Below, in pieces: positions 21,090 through 30,934 of a stretch of DNA of 64,000 nt. Made by a program: the position numbers and the translations under genes. Within the stretch, counting starts at the first letter, position 1, and every line of letters starts with the position of its first letter. Origin of the DNA: Rhizobiaceae bacterium (GTDB lineage: Bacteria; Pseudomonadota; Alphaproteobacteria; Rhizobiales; Rhizobiaceae); assembly GCA_032057925.1 (NCBI GenBank), contig DAMCEK010000008.1:19888-83887 (forward strand), read 5' to 3'. The notes under the pieces are model-generated. The model had not been told where the DNA came from, made no database searches, and saw only the letters and a program-made list of their open reading frames with translations.

Positions 21090-21974
21090 ATGACTAAATA
21101 TTGTCTTACTGTCACTTGCCCGACAAAACGCGGCATCGTTGCGGCGATCTCGGCTTATCTGGCGGGCAAGGGGTGCAATATTACCGACAGTTCGCAGTTC
21201 GACGATACGCAGACCGGAAGTTTTTTCATGCGTATTAGCTTTACTCCGGAAGAAGGGGCGAAACTGGCGGAACTGGAAAAGGATTTTGCCGAAACGGCCA
21301 GAAATTTTGGCATGATAGCGAAATTCCATGACGAGACCACGAAGATGAAAGTCGTCATCATGGTCTCGCGCTTCGGTCATTGCCTTAACGACCTTCTCTA
21401 TCGATGGCGGATCGGGGCCTTGCCGATCGACATCGTTGCGGTGATTTCAAACCATATGGATTACCAGAAGGTTGTGGTTAATCACGACATTCCTTATTAC
21501 TGCGTCAGGGTTACCAAGGAAAACAAGGCGCAAGCAGAAGCCGAGCAGATACGGATCGTTCATGAGAGCGGAGCGGAATTGATCGTTCTGGCGCGCTACA
21601 TGCAGATTTTGTCGGATCAGATGTGTCAGGAAATGTCGGGGCGGATTATCAATATCCATCACTCATTCCTGCCCTCCTTCAAGGGAGCGAACCCCTACAA
21701 GCAGGCTTACGAGCGGGGGGTCAAGCTGATCGGTGCGACCTCACATTATGTGACGGCCGACCTTGACGAAGGTCCGATCATCGAGCAGGATATTATCCGC
21801 GTCACTCATGCGCAGTCACCAGATGATTATGTGAGCCTCGGTCGTGACGTGGAAAGTCAGGTTCTGGCACGAGCTATCCATGCGCATATTCATCGCCGGG
21901 TATTTCTTAATGGCAACAAGACGGTGGTTTTCCCGGCATCGCCGGGCTCTTATGCATCCGAGCGCATGGGTTGA
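21090..21974 (+). CDS. purU: Formyltetrahydrofolate deformylase
   Basis: N-terminal ACT-like domain plus a formyltransferase core (HHSFLPSFKGANPYKQAYERGVKLIGATSHYVTADLDEGPII). Confidence 0.95.
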   Translation: MTKYCLTVTCPTKRGIVAAISAYLAGKGCNITDSSQFDDTQTGSFFMRISFTPEEGAKLAELEKDFAETARNFGMIAKFHDETTKMKVVIMVSRFGHCLNDLLYRWRIGALPIDIVAVISNHMDYQKVVVNHDIPYYCVRVTKENKAQAEAEQIRIVHESGAELIVLARYMQILSDQMCQEMSGRIINIHHSFLPSFKGANPYKQAYERGVKLIGATSHYVTADLDEGPIIEQDIIRVTHAQSPDDYVSLGRDVESQVLARAIHAHIHRRVFLNGNKTVVFPASPGSYASERMG

Positions 21975-22048
21975 TCCCTCTGCCAAGAGCACTTTCAGCA
22001 TAAGTGGAAACCGCTCTGACATCCTGTTGGATCATAGCATTCCGGGTC

Positions 22049-23020
22049 ATGGTGATGGCAGAGGCAAAACATATACAGACCCAGCACATCGAGTTTCTTT
22101 TACTGGATGCGTTCTCGATGATGTCCGTCGCCAGCACTATCGAACCGTTGCGGGCCGCAAATAGACTTCTGGGCTATGAGGCTTATCGCTGGAGTTTTTC
22201 TTCCGAAGATGGAACAGCGGCGCAGGCCTCAAATGGCATATCCGTTAACGTGAAAGAGCGTTTTGGCACGTCAAAAATGTCCGGTTATCTGTTTGTCTGT
22301 GCTGGCATGACTTTGCTTGCCCAGGACCAGATGCGCCTGAACGTGAACTTGGTGCGCCGGGCTCGACAAGGATGCCGCATGGGATCTCTTTCCATGGGAG
22401 CTGTGTTTCTGGCGCGAGCGGGGTTACTCGATAGTGTAAGATGCACATTGCACTGGGAAGGACAGCCAGCCTTTCGCGAGGAGTTTCCCTTTATCGAACT
22501 CGTTAACGAACTCTACGTCATCGACAGCAACAGATATACCTGTGCGGGAGGAACGGCGGGCCTCGATATGATGCTGCATATCATAACGCAAGATCATGGT
22601 TTTTTTCTCGCGCGCTCCATTGCCAATCAGTTTCAGGTGGAGCACATCCGAACTGGAAATGTTGAGCAGCGCTCCGGCAGTTCAGTGCGGCTCGAAACTG
22701 CCCCACCCCAATTCGCACTTGCGGTGGATCTGATGATGCAGAATTTTGACAATCCGCTGAGCGCCAGTGCAATTGCCCGCGCAGTTGGGTTGAGTTTGAG
22801 GAACCTGGAAAGAATATTCCAGCGCCATGCAAAGCAGACCCCGGTGCGTTATTACAGAATTCTGCGTCTGGAGCGTGCGCGCGATCTCCTCCTTCATACC
22901 GGTCTTCCTGTCGTCGATATAGCGGTCGCGACCGGCTTTAGTTCCGGCTCGTATTTTGCTGCATCCTACGGGGAGTATTTCGGCCACTCTCCCACCACGG
23001 AAAGAATGAAAAAAGCCTGA
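22049..23020 (+). CDS. GlxA-type transcriptional regulator (GATase1-like domain plus AraC HTH), second copy
   Basis: FLLLDAFSMMSVASTIEPLRAANRL... plus an AraC HTH (VVDIAVATGFSSGSYFAASYGEYFGHSP). Start is uncertain (22049 or 22055; track gives 22004). Confidence 0.85.
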   Translation: MVMAEAKHIQTQHIEFLLLDAFSMMSVASTIEPLRAANRLLGYEAYRWSFSSEDGTAAQASNGISVNVKERFGTSKMSGYLFVCAGMTLLAQDQMRLNVNLVRRARQGCRMGSLSMGAVFLARAGLLDSVRCTLHWEGQPAFREEFPFIELVNELYVIDSNRYTCAGGTAGLDMMLHIITQDHGFFLARSIANQFQVEHIRTGNVEQRSGSSVRLETAPPQFALAVDLMMQNFDNPLSASAIARAVGLSLRNLERIFQRHAKQTPVRYYRILRLERARDLLLHTGLPVVDIAVATGFSSGSYFAASYGEYFGHSPTTERMKKA

Positions 23021-23093
23021 CTGACATTTCATCCGAAAGACTATAGCGGTTGAATGCGTTTATCCGCGTAACCACTATTGCCCGAGGTCGTGC

Positions 23094-23119
23094 CCTGCTG
23101 GATTGGTTTTTCCAGCAGG
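23094..23119. terminator. 8-bp perfect inverted repeat between convergent genes (possible terminator)
   Basis: CCTGCTGG-attggttttt-CCAGCAGG. There is no flanking T-run, so assignment as a terminator is weak. Confidence 0.3.
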
Positions 23120-23141
23120 ACGCGGTTCCCTCTCAAGAGGA

Positions 23142-23942
23142 TCAGTCTTTCGCGGCTTGCAGGCTGCGCATTACTTCAGATTGAACGGTGCCCCATATCT
23201 GGGACTTGAGCTCGTTATAGCGCGGCGACAATTGCACCTCCGCATTGCGCGGCATGGGCAGGTCGTTCATGATGTCGGTCACCACACGACCGGGTCGCGC
23301 ACTCATGATGAGCATCCGCGTCGACAACAGCAGCGCTTCGTCGATGGAGTGTGTGATAAAGATTATGGTCTTCTTGCTTTTTTCGTAGATTTGCAGCAGC
23401 TCATCCTGCAAGACCTGCCGCGTCATCGCGTCCAGCGCTGCAAACGGTTCGTCGAGCAGTATAACATCAGGGTCGTTTGCCAACACTCGGGCGATGGATA
23501 CGCGCTGGCGCATGCCGCCCGACAGCGCATTCGGATATTTGTCCTCGAACCCATTTAGCCCAACCATTTCGATAAAGCGCTGTGCTGTTTCGTTGCGTTG
23601 TGAACGCGAAATGCCTTTCATTTTCAATCCGAAGGCAACGTTGTCGCGCACGGTCAGCCATGGAAACAAGGCATATTGCTGAAACACCATACCGCAATGT
23701 GGGTCGACTTTGGTCACTTCCCGCCCGTTGACGACGATGCGCCCTGAGGTGGGCTGGTCGAAGCCGGTAATCAGGTTCAGCAAAGTTGACTTACCGCAGC
23801 CAGATGCGCCAAGCAGCACGACGAACTCGCCTTTGGCGATTTCGAGGTTCACATGCTCTACGGCTTGAAAGCTTCCATAACGTTTGGATATGCCCTGAAC
23901 GGAAATCATTGAAGCGTTACCGGTGAAGTTCATCGTTGCCAC
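23142..23942 (-). CDS. ABC transporter ATP-binding protein (NitT/TauT-type)
   Basis: Walker A GASGCGKST, signature LSGGMRQR, Walker B VILLDEPF; 266 aa. Confidence 0.9.
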   Translation of the reverse strand: MATMNFTGNASMISVQGISKRYGSFQAVEHVNLEIAKGEFVVLLGASGCGKSTLLNLITGFDQPTSGRIVVNGREVTKVDPHCGMVFQQYALFPWLTVRDNVAFGLKMKGISRSQRNETAQRFIEMVGLNGFEDKYPNALSGGMRQRVSIARVLANDPDVILLDEPFAALDAMTRQVLQDELLQIYEKSKKTIIFITHSIDEALLLSTRMLIMSARPGRVVTDIMNDLPMPRNAEVQLSPRYNELKSQIWGTVQSEVMRSLQAAKD

Positions 23943-24697
23943 CTCAATACTCGGTTTTCAATCAAACGGAAGACAAGGTCTGTAATCAGAACAGTGATGC
24001 TGATCAGCACCATGCCCAACACGACGATTTCGGTCTGGAAGAACTCTTTACCGTTCATGATCAGGAAGCCAAGACCTTCCCGTGCGGCAACCAGTTCGGC
24101 GGAGATCACACAGGTCCATGACAAGCCCAGGATGATTTTCAATCCGCTCAAGATCTGCGGAAGACTTCCGGGTAGGATAACCTCGCGCATGACCTGCCAC
24201 CGGCTGGCACCCAGATTCTGTGCCGCACGTATCAGCAGTGGATCGATATTACGCGTTGCTTCAATGACATAGACAAGCGCCGGAGCAAATGTACCCATGA
24301 ACACGATGCTGTATTTCTGCGTTTCGGTGATGCCGAACCAAAGCAGGGAAAGCGGAATCCAGCTCATGGAGGGGAGAGGTCGCAAGAACGACAGGATCGG
24401 ATCAAACGCCGCGCGGGCATAGATTGAAGTGCCGAGAGCTATTCCCAATGGAATAGCGATGAGGGTAGCGGCAAGAAAGCCAATCATGACACGGCGGGCG
24501 GAAGCTAGCACATGACCCAAAAGCGTGCCATCGGCAACCATGGCAGCGGCTTTTACAAATACCGCGCTAGGCGGCGGCAGGAAAATGGGATCAACCCAGC
24601 CAAGCCGGCAGCTCAGTTCCCAGAAAAGCAGAAATACAACGATTGACGCAATGCTTGTACCCAAGAGAGCACCGCGCCGGGATAGTTTCGACATCAT
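23930..24697 (-). CDS. ABC transporter permease (NitT/TauT-type)
   Basis: Six-TM BPD-type permease that overlaps the ATPase start. Start is ATG 24697, or TTG 24712 as in the track. Confidence 0.85.
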   Translation of the reverse strand: MMSKLSRRGALLGTSIASIVVFLLFWELSCRLGWVDPIFLPPPSAVFVKAAAMVADGTLLGHVLASARRVMIGFLAATLIAIPLGIALGTSIYARAAFDPILSFLRPLPSMSWIPLSLLWFGITETQKYSIVFMGTFAPALVYVIEATRNIDPLLIRAAQNLGASRWQVMREVILPGSLPQILSGLKIILGLSWTCVISAELVAAREGLGFLIMNGKEFFQTEIVVLGMVLISITVLITDLVFRLIENRVLRWQR

Positions 24698-24817
24698 GTT
24701 TAAACCCTGCAAGCCATCTGGGGCGGTCCCTTCTTACGGAAATCCCGGAGCCGCACCAATTCTTATCTCCAGCGCATTCATGCTGTATCGGATGCCTCGA
24801 TCCGACTGTGCAATGCT

Positions 24818-25810
24818 TTAGATAAACGAAGCGTCGATCCAGTCGGCTACGACCGGCGCCGTATCGATCTGCTTGTGTTCAACCAGAAGCTCGGCCAGTT
24901 TTTGCAAACCTTCGATATATGCGCCCTTCAGGATTTCGTTCTGTTGGTTCTGCGTGAACCAATCCGCACCTTTAATGACGGTAATCTGATCTTCTTTCGA
25001 AAGATTAGTCAGTTTCATCAGCGGAACTGCGGCCTCGTCGGGGCGGTCACGCAATATTTCGTTAGCTCTGAAATAAGCCTTAACATAAGCCTTGACAGTA
25101 TCCGGGTTTTCCGACGCAAAGGTTTTACTTACAACAAGTACGTCCGGTCCCGGAGTTACTTTGTGCGATTGGTAGAGACGGAAATGAGTGTCGTCCGCCA
25201 GCAAGGTTACGCCGGGCTGTTTGAGAATGGCATTGAATTGTGGAGTCCATGCTGCCGCGGCATCGATCTGCCCGGCCTTCATGGCGGCAGGTAGTTCCGG
25301 TGCGGGTACATTCAGAACAGTGACGTCATTTTCCGTCAGTCCTGCCTGGGCAAGTACATCCAGCACCAGCAAATGTGCGCTGGATGCAAAAGTCACGCCC
25401 AGTTTTTTACCTTTCAGGTCCTGTACGCTGCGGATACCCTCCTGAACGACAATCCCTTCGACGCGGCCGAAATTTTCCGGAATGGCGATAATGGAAAACT
25501 GCTTTGCCCCGCGAGCCATCAAGGCAAGCGCCGATACGACACCGGTGCATGCTATATCGACACCACCGGACATGAGCGCGCTCATGCGTGAAGAAGATGT
25601 CCCGAAGGACTCCCATTCCTGATTTATTCCAGTTTCTTTGAAATAGTCCTGCGCCATAGCGAGATAGGCAGGATAATGCCCGAGCCAGGCAGAACCGCCA
25701 TATCTGACCGTCATCTGGTCGGCGGACCTTGCAGCCAAGGGAGCAATCACTCCGCCTGCCACAGCAAATGCCGCACTCAAATTCAAGAAATCTCGTCGAT
25801 TGATCTGCAC
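24818..25810 (-). CDS. ABC transporter substrate-binding protein (NMT1/TauA/SsuA-like), Tat-type signal
   Basis: MQINRRDFLNLSAAFAVAGG is a twin-arginine leader; 330 aa; first gene of the SBP-permease-ATPase operon. Confidence 0.85.
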   Translation of the reverse strand: MQINRRDFLNLSAAFAVAGGVIAPLAARSADQMTVRYGGSAWLGHYPAYLAMAQDYFKETGINQEWESFGTSSSRMSALMSGGVDIACTGVVSALALMARGAKQFSIIAIPENFGRVEGIVVQEGIRSVQDLKGKKLGVTFASSAHLLVLDVLAQAGLTENDVTVLNVPAPELPAAMKAGQIDAAAAWTPQFNAILKQPGVTLLADDTHFRLYQSHKVTPGPDVLVVSKTFASENPDTVKAYVKAYFRANEILRDRPDEAAVPLMKLTNLSKEDQITVIKGADWFTQNQQNEILKGAYIEGLQKLAELLVEHKQIDTAPVVADWIDASFI

Positions 25811-26062
25811 GATAGTTCCCTCTGATATTTAGGTATCAACTTATTTTGAGAGGAGATACTTTGACGTTGCTTTCATAAACAAATTACTTGTTTTCAAGTC
25901 AAAAGTAAAACCAACGATCGGTTCAATAGGGTATTCCCATATATCCAATCAGACCGCACCTATTTGTTCTTTTTCCATTATTCATACATTGGAGGTCAAC
26001 AAAATAACGGGAGATATGTTGATCATTAGATTCTTTTATGTATGTTATCGGGAAAATTAATA

Positions 26063-27109
26063 ATGAGTGATATCAGGATTCATTATGTACAGATTTCCGG
26101 AATTCGGGCGGTGAAGAATAAGACACGCCAATATCGCGAACAGTTTGTCGAATTGTCTGCGCTGGCTGTTTTTGTCGCTATAGCCGAATGCGGTACGCTC
26201 ACTGCTGCTGCCAGAAAAATAGGGCTGACCCAATCGTCGATTTCCCAGGTTTTGAAGCAGACCGAAATGTTGCTTGGTGTCCCACTGGTGGATAGAACCA
26301 CACGTCCGCTTCGTTTGACGCTGGCCGGATTGCGGTTCAAGGCTCATGCCGACAACATGCTGCGTGAGGCGCGCAAGATTTCAACGCTGGTACATCAGGA
26401 TACACAAAGTTCTCTGCCAAAGATCAGCATGGGCTTGATAGACAGCTGCGCATCCACCATAGGCCCGCATATCGTACGACAATTGCACAACAGAGCTGAA
26501 CATCTCACACTCTGGTCAGGCGTAAACCCGGCGCTACGCGAAGCATTGTTTAATCGTGAACTGGATCTGGTTATTACTGCGGATTCTCCAGAACCGGAAG
26601 TTGGTCTGGAGCGTCATGAGCTGTTTCGCGATCCCTTCATATTAATCCTTCCGGCCAATTATGCCGAACTGGGTGATGATGGTCTTCGCGGTCTTGCAAG
26701 TCGCCTGCCTCTGATAAGATATAGTCGGCGCTCTCTGATCGGTGTGCAGGTTGATATTCATCTTAGAAGGCTGGGTCTTGAGCCGGCTGATCGGTACGAG
26801 TTCGATACTTCCGATGCTCTGTTTAGTATGGTCTCTGCTGGCTTCGGGTGGGGGCTAACGACTTCCGTATGCCTGTTACAGGCCCGTCATGCGCTGGGTC
26901 AGTCAAAAGTAGTTCCTTTACCCGGCCCTGGTCTTTCGCGGCAAGTCAGTCTGATTGCACGAAAAAGCGAGCATGAGAATATTCCACGCCAGGTTGCGAA
27001 TATGTGTCGAGACATATTCAGAACGACGCTTCTGCCTGAGATGCGACTTTTGCTCCCTTGGGTAAGAGAAAGCGCTTATAATGCCGTTTCTGAAAGCTCG
27101 GTTTCGTAA
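26063..27109 (+). CDS. LysR-family transcriptional regulator
   Basis: HTH LSALAVFVAIAECGTLTAAARKIGLTQSSISQVLKQTE plus a LysR substrate-binding domain. The N-terminal leader is unusually long, so the start is uncertain. Confidence 0.85.
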   Translation: MSDIRIHYVQISGIRAVKNKTRQYREQFVELSALAVFVAIAECGTLTAAARKIGLTQSSISQVLKQTEMLLGVPLVDRTTRPLRLTLAGLRFKAHADNMLREARKISTLVHQDTQSSLPKISMGLIDSCASTIGPHIVRQLHNRAEHLTLWSGVNPALREALFNRELDLVITADSPEPEVGLERHELFRDPFILILPANYAELGDDGLRGLASRLPLIRYSRRSLIGVQVDIHLRRLGLEPADRYEFDTSDALFSMVSAGFGWGLTTSVCLLQARHALGQSKVVPLPGPGLSRQVSLIARKSEHENIPRQVANMCRDIFRTTLLPEMRLLLPWVRESAYNAVSESSVS

Positions 27110-27205
27110 AGCCGGTGTTAAAATTGAGCATTGCTGCAAAAACTTTTTTTATACGTGAAAGAGGGCGTTTGGGTTTGAGCGAGACCTATAATGAATGATT
27201 TCAGG

Positions 27206-27847
27206 TTAGCCTGCCGCCGGTTTTTCGAGCACTGAGTTAGGAAACGGGATCATTATCTGAGGCAATCCACATCCTTGTCGCAGCGAGCTTGAGCGCCACA
27301 AGGTAGTTGTCGGCACGTCGATCGTATCATGTTGCCAAGTCGCGCCTCTGTTTGAGGTGATTGAGGAATAGACCCAACGTTTGAAGCTGAAGATCTGTTT
27401 GCGATTTGCTTTTGCAGGAATATTCGCCCAGCATTTGCGTTGCTTGGCAAAGTTGCCAATTGCATCGGTATCATACGCCTTGTCCGCAAGCAGGATCGCC
27501 CGGGCTTCACTTCGTTCAGTAACTTTCAGATATAGGGCGTCTGTGGCCTGGCCTGCGGGTGAACTCCAACCGGACCGGCAAACGATTAGTATCAACGAGA
27601 GCATGAATTTTCATCGTTAGGCCGCCGCGAGAATGTCCCATGCAAGGATCGGCAGAACCGATTGTATAGCGTGGTGCGCGGGCCATGTCGTTCGGGCATA
27701 TCCCGCCACGATAAACCGATCCGAAACCGCCAAAGGATGTCGTTGAACACTCGGCGGTCATCAACTCTTTCAACCCCATGGTTGTCGGTCGGTAAAAGTG
27801 GCGCGATGATGGCCTATTCTTCGTCGCTCACGTCGTGACGGTGCATG
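27206..27847 (-). mobile_element. IS5-family (IS427-like) transposase pseudogene
   Basis: Minus strand reads MHRHDVSDEE*AIIAPLLP..., ...GHSRGGLTMKIHALVDTNRLPV... and ...LLADKAYDTDAIGNFAKQRKCWANIPAKANRK... in three different frames with stops. Confidence 0.8.
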
Positions 27848-27967
27848 GCAATCTCCTTTTACGGAAATTGAATCACAAACCACTACGAAGATGAGCCCCT
27901 ATTATGGCGACGCGAATTGGAATATTAGGTGGCCTTTAAATACCAATATGTATGCAGGAAGCCGCTT

Positions 27968-29134
27968 ATGCGCAAACTGATCCTCGCCATTACATCACTG
28001 TTATCTATTACGCCGACATCTGCCGTGGCTGATAAAACTGTTGCGATTGGAACGGATGTGGCGAGTTTCCTTATCTTTCATCCCGATGATCTAAACCATA
28101 GATCTGCCGATCCAATTGCTTGGTATGCTTATAGTTTTGCCTACAAGAAAGAGTCTTCTGCCGGACGCCTTGTCGGTTTTGGGACCGGGGCGGATGGCGG
28201 TTTTCGCATTAAATTGACGATGACACCGCCAACTGCATCCGAACTCAAATTTGCCGGCGCGCGCTGGAGTTATCCGTTGAATGTGAGACACGGCCAGGTC
28301 TATCTCGACAATACCGACGGACTGCCCGGCGCAGAAAAGATGGAAAATCCCACAGATTTCCCGGAGAGATGGTTTTCCCTACCAAATGGCTCATACCGTG
28401 TCGATGTGTTTGCAATCCATGGATACCTCCCCGGAGCTAACCACACTCTCCCCGATTACGTGGTAAGCTTCAGCTCGGTTGCCGATATTGCGGGAATCGC
28501 GGTTGCTGACAATCTGCCGGATCTGCGACAAGCATCCGACTGGCAGGCAAAAACTCTGGAATCTCAAGATGCTGGCTTTGGTTTGTGGGCAACAACCGAT
28601 CCCGGCACCCGCTTGTTGCCAGCCCTTTTAGCGGATGGCGAAGCGGTTCCGGGTCAGGTCTATCAACTGCAAACAACCGAAACCAAATATAAAAGCTACC
28701 TTGATGACGTCGGCTCATTTCATATTTTGACTTTCCCAGATCAAGCGACAGGTGTGTTGGCTCGTATCAATAGTGCCTCGTTCATGCCAAAGCGCGGCGG
28801 ACGCATTGAGTTTTCGGCCGAGGCGCCGGTTGCGCTGAAAGACAAGTCCGGCGATGGACTGATAGCCTTCGATTTGATCGCCAAACCGGACATGCAGGCC
28901 AGTTCCGCAGAGGTTGAAACATTCAAGATGCTTGTCATGAATACGATCAAGATGTCGCAGAGCAGGCCATCTGCATTCGAAAAGGAGCGCTTCGCTGCTT
29001 TAGATAAACCCGAGGCTGTGACCAGTTGGGCGCTGATGCATCTATCCTTGCCGATGAGCGTAAAGATTGACACATACCGCCACGGCGCGCGCGAGAGAAT
29101 TCGCCTGATCACCAAGGCAGTCGAAAAACTTTAA
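27968..29134 (+). CDS. Hypothetical exported protein
   Basis: Signal peptide MRKLILAITSLLSITPTSAVA-DK. 388 aa with protein-like composition; I recognise no family. The track start at 27929 (GTG) is an alternative. Confidence 0.65.
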   Translation: MRKLILAITSLLSITPTSAVADKTVAIGTDVASFLIFHPDDLNHRSADPIAWYAYSFAYKKESSAGRLVGFGTGADGGFRIKLTMTPPTASELKFAGARWSYPLNVRHGQVYLDNTDGLPGAEKMENPTDFPERWFSLPNGSYRVDVFAIHGYLPGANHTLPDYVVSFSSVADIAGIAVADNLPDLRQASDWQAKTLESQDAGFGLWATTDPGTRLLPALLADGEAVPGQVYQLQTTETKYKSYLDDVGSFHILTFPDQATGVLARINSASFMPKRGGRIEFSAEAPVALKDKSGDGLIAFDLIAKPDMQASSAEVETFKMLVMNTIKMSQSRPSAFEKERFAALDKPEAVTSWALMHLSLPMSVKIDTYRHGARERIRLITKAVEKL

Positions 29135-29196
29135 TGGTATGATAGTTCCAACCCGCTTATAGAGTGACAATACTGCGTACGCATTTGCCTGCATCT

Positions 29197-30867
29197 ATGG
29201 AGTACGATCCATTGAACTCAACTTTACGCTTTGCCTACTTGCTCAGTGGTTTTAAATTGTTGCTTTTATTGTTGGTAGCAGGTGCGTCTGCGCAGGAGAA
29301 ATCTATGGAGCTCGTCGAAACGCCGGAATTTTCTATCGAAGCCCACCCGATGTTTCAAACAAGGCGCGTGTTTGCCGGCTCGATTGGCTTGCGACAGGAG
29401 CCGCAAACAACGTTTTCGCCGCAGATGAGCGTCTGGACAAGCAAAGCAGAGAAACGTGTGTCACCACAAAAGCGCCTTGACGCGATGTTGAAGGATGATG
29501 GCCCGCTCGTCGAGCGCAGGGCAATCGCTTTCGCAGGCATGAGCGGCGAAATGAGCACGGTCAAGGATCGGCTGGAAGACTTTGAGACGAACGAGACGCG
29601 CGATTGGTATCGGTTGCGCGCGCTTATGGTTTCGCCGGATGGTGCCACCTGGTATCACGCCACCGCCATGACAAGCGCTGATGATCTGGCTGTAATTACC
29701 GCTGATTTTGAACGCCTGCTCGGTTCCATCCGTATCAAATTGGCAGGCGAGGCTGCGCAGCAATCGCAGGACGCCGCCGACCAGCAGACAACAGCACAGT
29801 TTGAACAACTCAAAAAGACGATTGACGCGGCTGCTGAAACCCACAGGAAACAGAAAGAAGAACGCGAAAAAGCCAAAAAATCTGCCCGCCCCAAAGCGCA
29901 CTCCGCCGATGTCGAGGCGCGCTTCAATCAAGTCTTGGATGCAGTCGGACTTGAGGATAAACGCGAAACCTTACGTGAAATCGTGATGCCGATGCTCTCG
30001 CTCACCGAAAACGATGTGGCACCATCCGGCAAGATCGGGTTGAGCCGGATCGGTGGCGGGCCTGATCTGGCGCAAGGGATGGACTGGCCGCGTGACGAGA
30101 GTGGCTTTTATCTGAACTTTCTGGCGCAGATCAACCTTGCCGATCTTCCTGAACGCGCCGAAACACTGCCGGAAACAGGCTTGCTGTCCTTTTTCACTGG
30201 CACCGATTACACCGACTGGTACATCCATTATTCGCCATCTGACGCCAGGCTGATTGCCCATAGTATCCCCGACGATGCCGCCGACACCACCGAAACGGCG
30301 TTTCGGATGGTTGTCTGGGACAGTGATTTGAAGCGGTTTGTCGCCAATAAAACCAATCTCGACGGGATTTCTGTCGAGACTGACGAGAAAGGCGTGATGA
30401 CGTTCAAACGCGATGGTCGAAATTTGATGGTGTTTGCGTCGGAATATGAGTTCAGCCGCTCGGCACAGGCATTGCGGCTTGAGCCATCGCTCAGCGCGCC
30501 CTTTGGTCTTCCCGGCCCCGACAATCCCAAAGAATATGCGCAGGCCGGAATAGACGACCCATCCGATTTTGCCCTTGCAATCGCCGAAAGCTTTAAAGTC
30601 GGCGATGGTCCCCAGCATCAAATGTTCGGTATAACCGGCGTGCGCGAACTCTCCGCCATTCAGAAACTCGCATCCCAATACGCAAACAAGCAAGGCTGGT
30701 CAGACATCGAAACGCCTGATGACTGGTTCATCCTGATCAAGCTAGCATCCGGCGGCGAAGCCGATTTCAGCTTCTCCGATTATGGCGACTACATCTTCAT
30801 GATCAATCGCAAGGATGCGGCAAAGGGTTACTTTTCACGCGTTTTTGCATTCGTGGAATCGGGCTGA
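29197..30867 (+). CDS. DUF1963 (YwqG-like) domain protein with an N-terminal extension
   Basis: The C-terminal half carries DUF1963 hallmarks (LSRIGGGPDLAQGMDWP...GFYLNFLAQINLADLP...LPETGLLSFFTG ... HQMFG ... WFILIKLASG...GDYIFMI). Start is ambiguous: GTG 29164, ATG 29197 (gives the signal-like FKLLLLLLVAGASA-QE), or ATG 29305 (best RBS, AGGAGA). Confidence 0.7.
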   Translation: MEYDPLNSTLRFAYLLSGFKLLLLLLVAGASAQEKSMELVETPEFSIEAHPMFQTRRVFAGSIGLRQEPQTTFSPQMSVWTSKAEKRVSPQKRLDAMLKDDGPLVERRAIAFAGMSGEMSTVKDRLEDFETNETRDWYRLRALMVSPDGATWYHATAMTSADDLAVITADFERLLGSIRIKLAGEAAQQSQDAADQQTTAQFEQLKKTIDAAAETHRKQKEEREKAKKSARPKAHSADVEARFNQVLDAVGLEDKRETLREIVMPMLSLTENDVAPSGKIGLSRIGGGPDLAQGMDWPRDESGFYLNFLAQINLADLPERAETLPETGLLSFFTGTDYTDWYIHYSPSDARLIAHSIPDDAADTTETAFRMVVWDSDLKRFVANKTNLDGISVETDEKGVMTFKRDGRNLMVFASEYEFSRSAQALRLEPSLSAPFGLPGPDNPKEYAQAGIDDPSDFALAIAESFKVGDGPQHQMFGITGVRELSAIQKLASQYANKQGWSDIETPDDWFILIKLASGGEADFSFSDYGDYIFMINRKDAAKGYFSRVFAFVESG

Positions 30868-30934
30868 GACGTTCCTTTTATCGCACTGCAGGATTGTGGG
30901 CCCGACGACGAAACACCGATGTGAGGAACAGCGC

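Noticed and set aside
29971-30693. 240-aa minus-strand ORF inside the DUF1963 gene
   Set aside because: It is antisense to a region with clear DUF1963 motifs on the plus strand. It has no RBS and matches no recognisable family.
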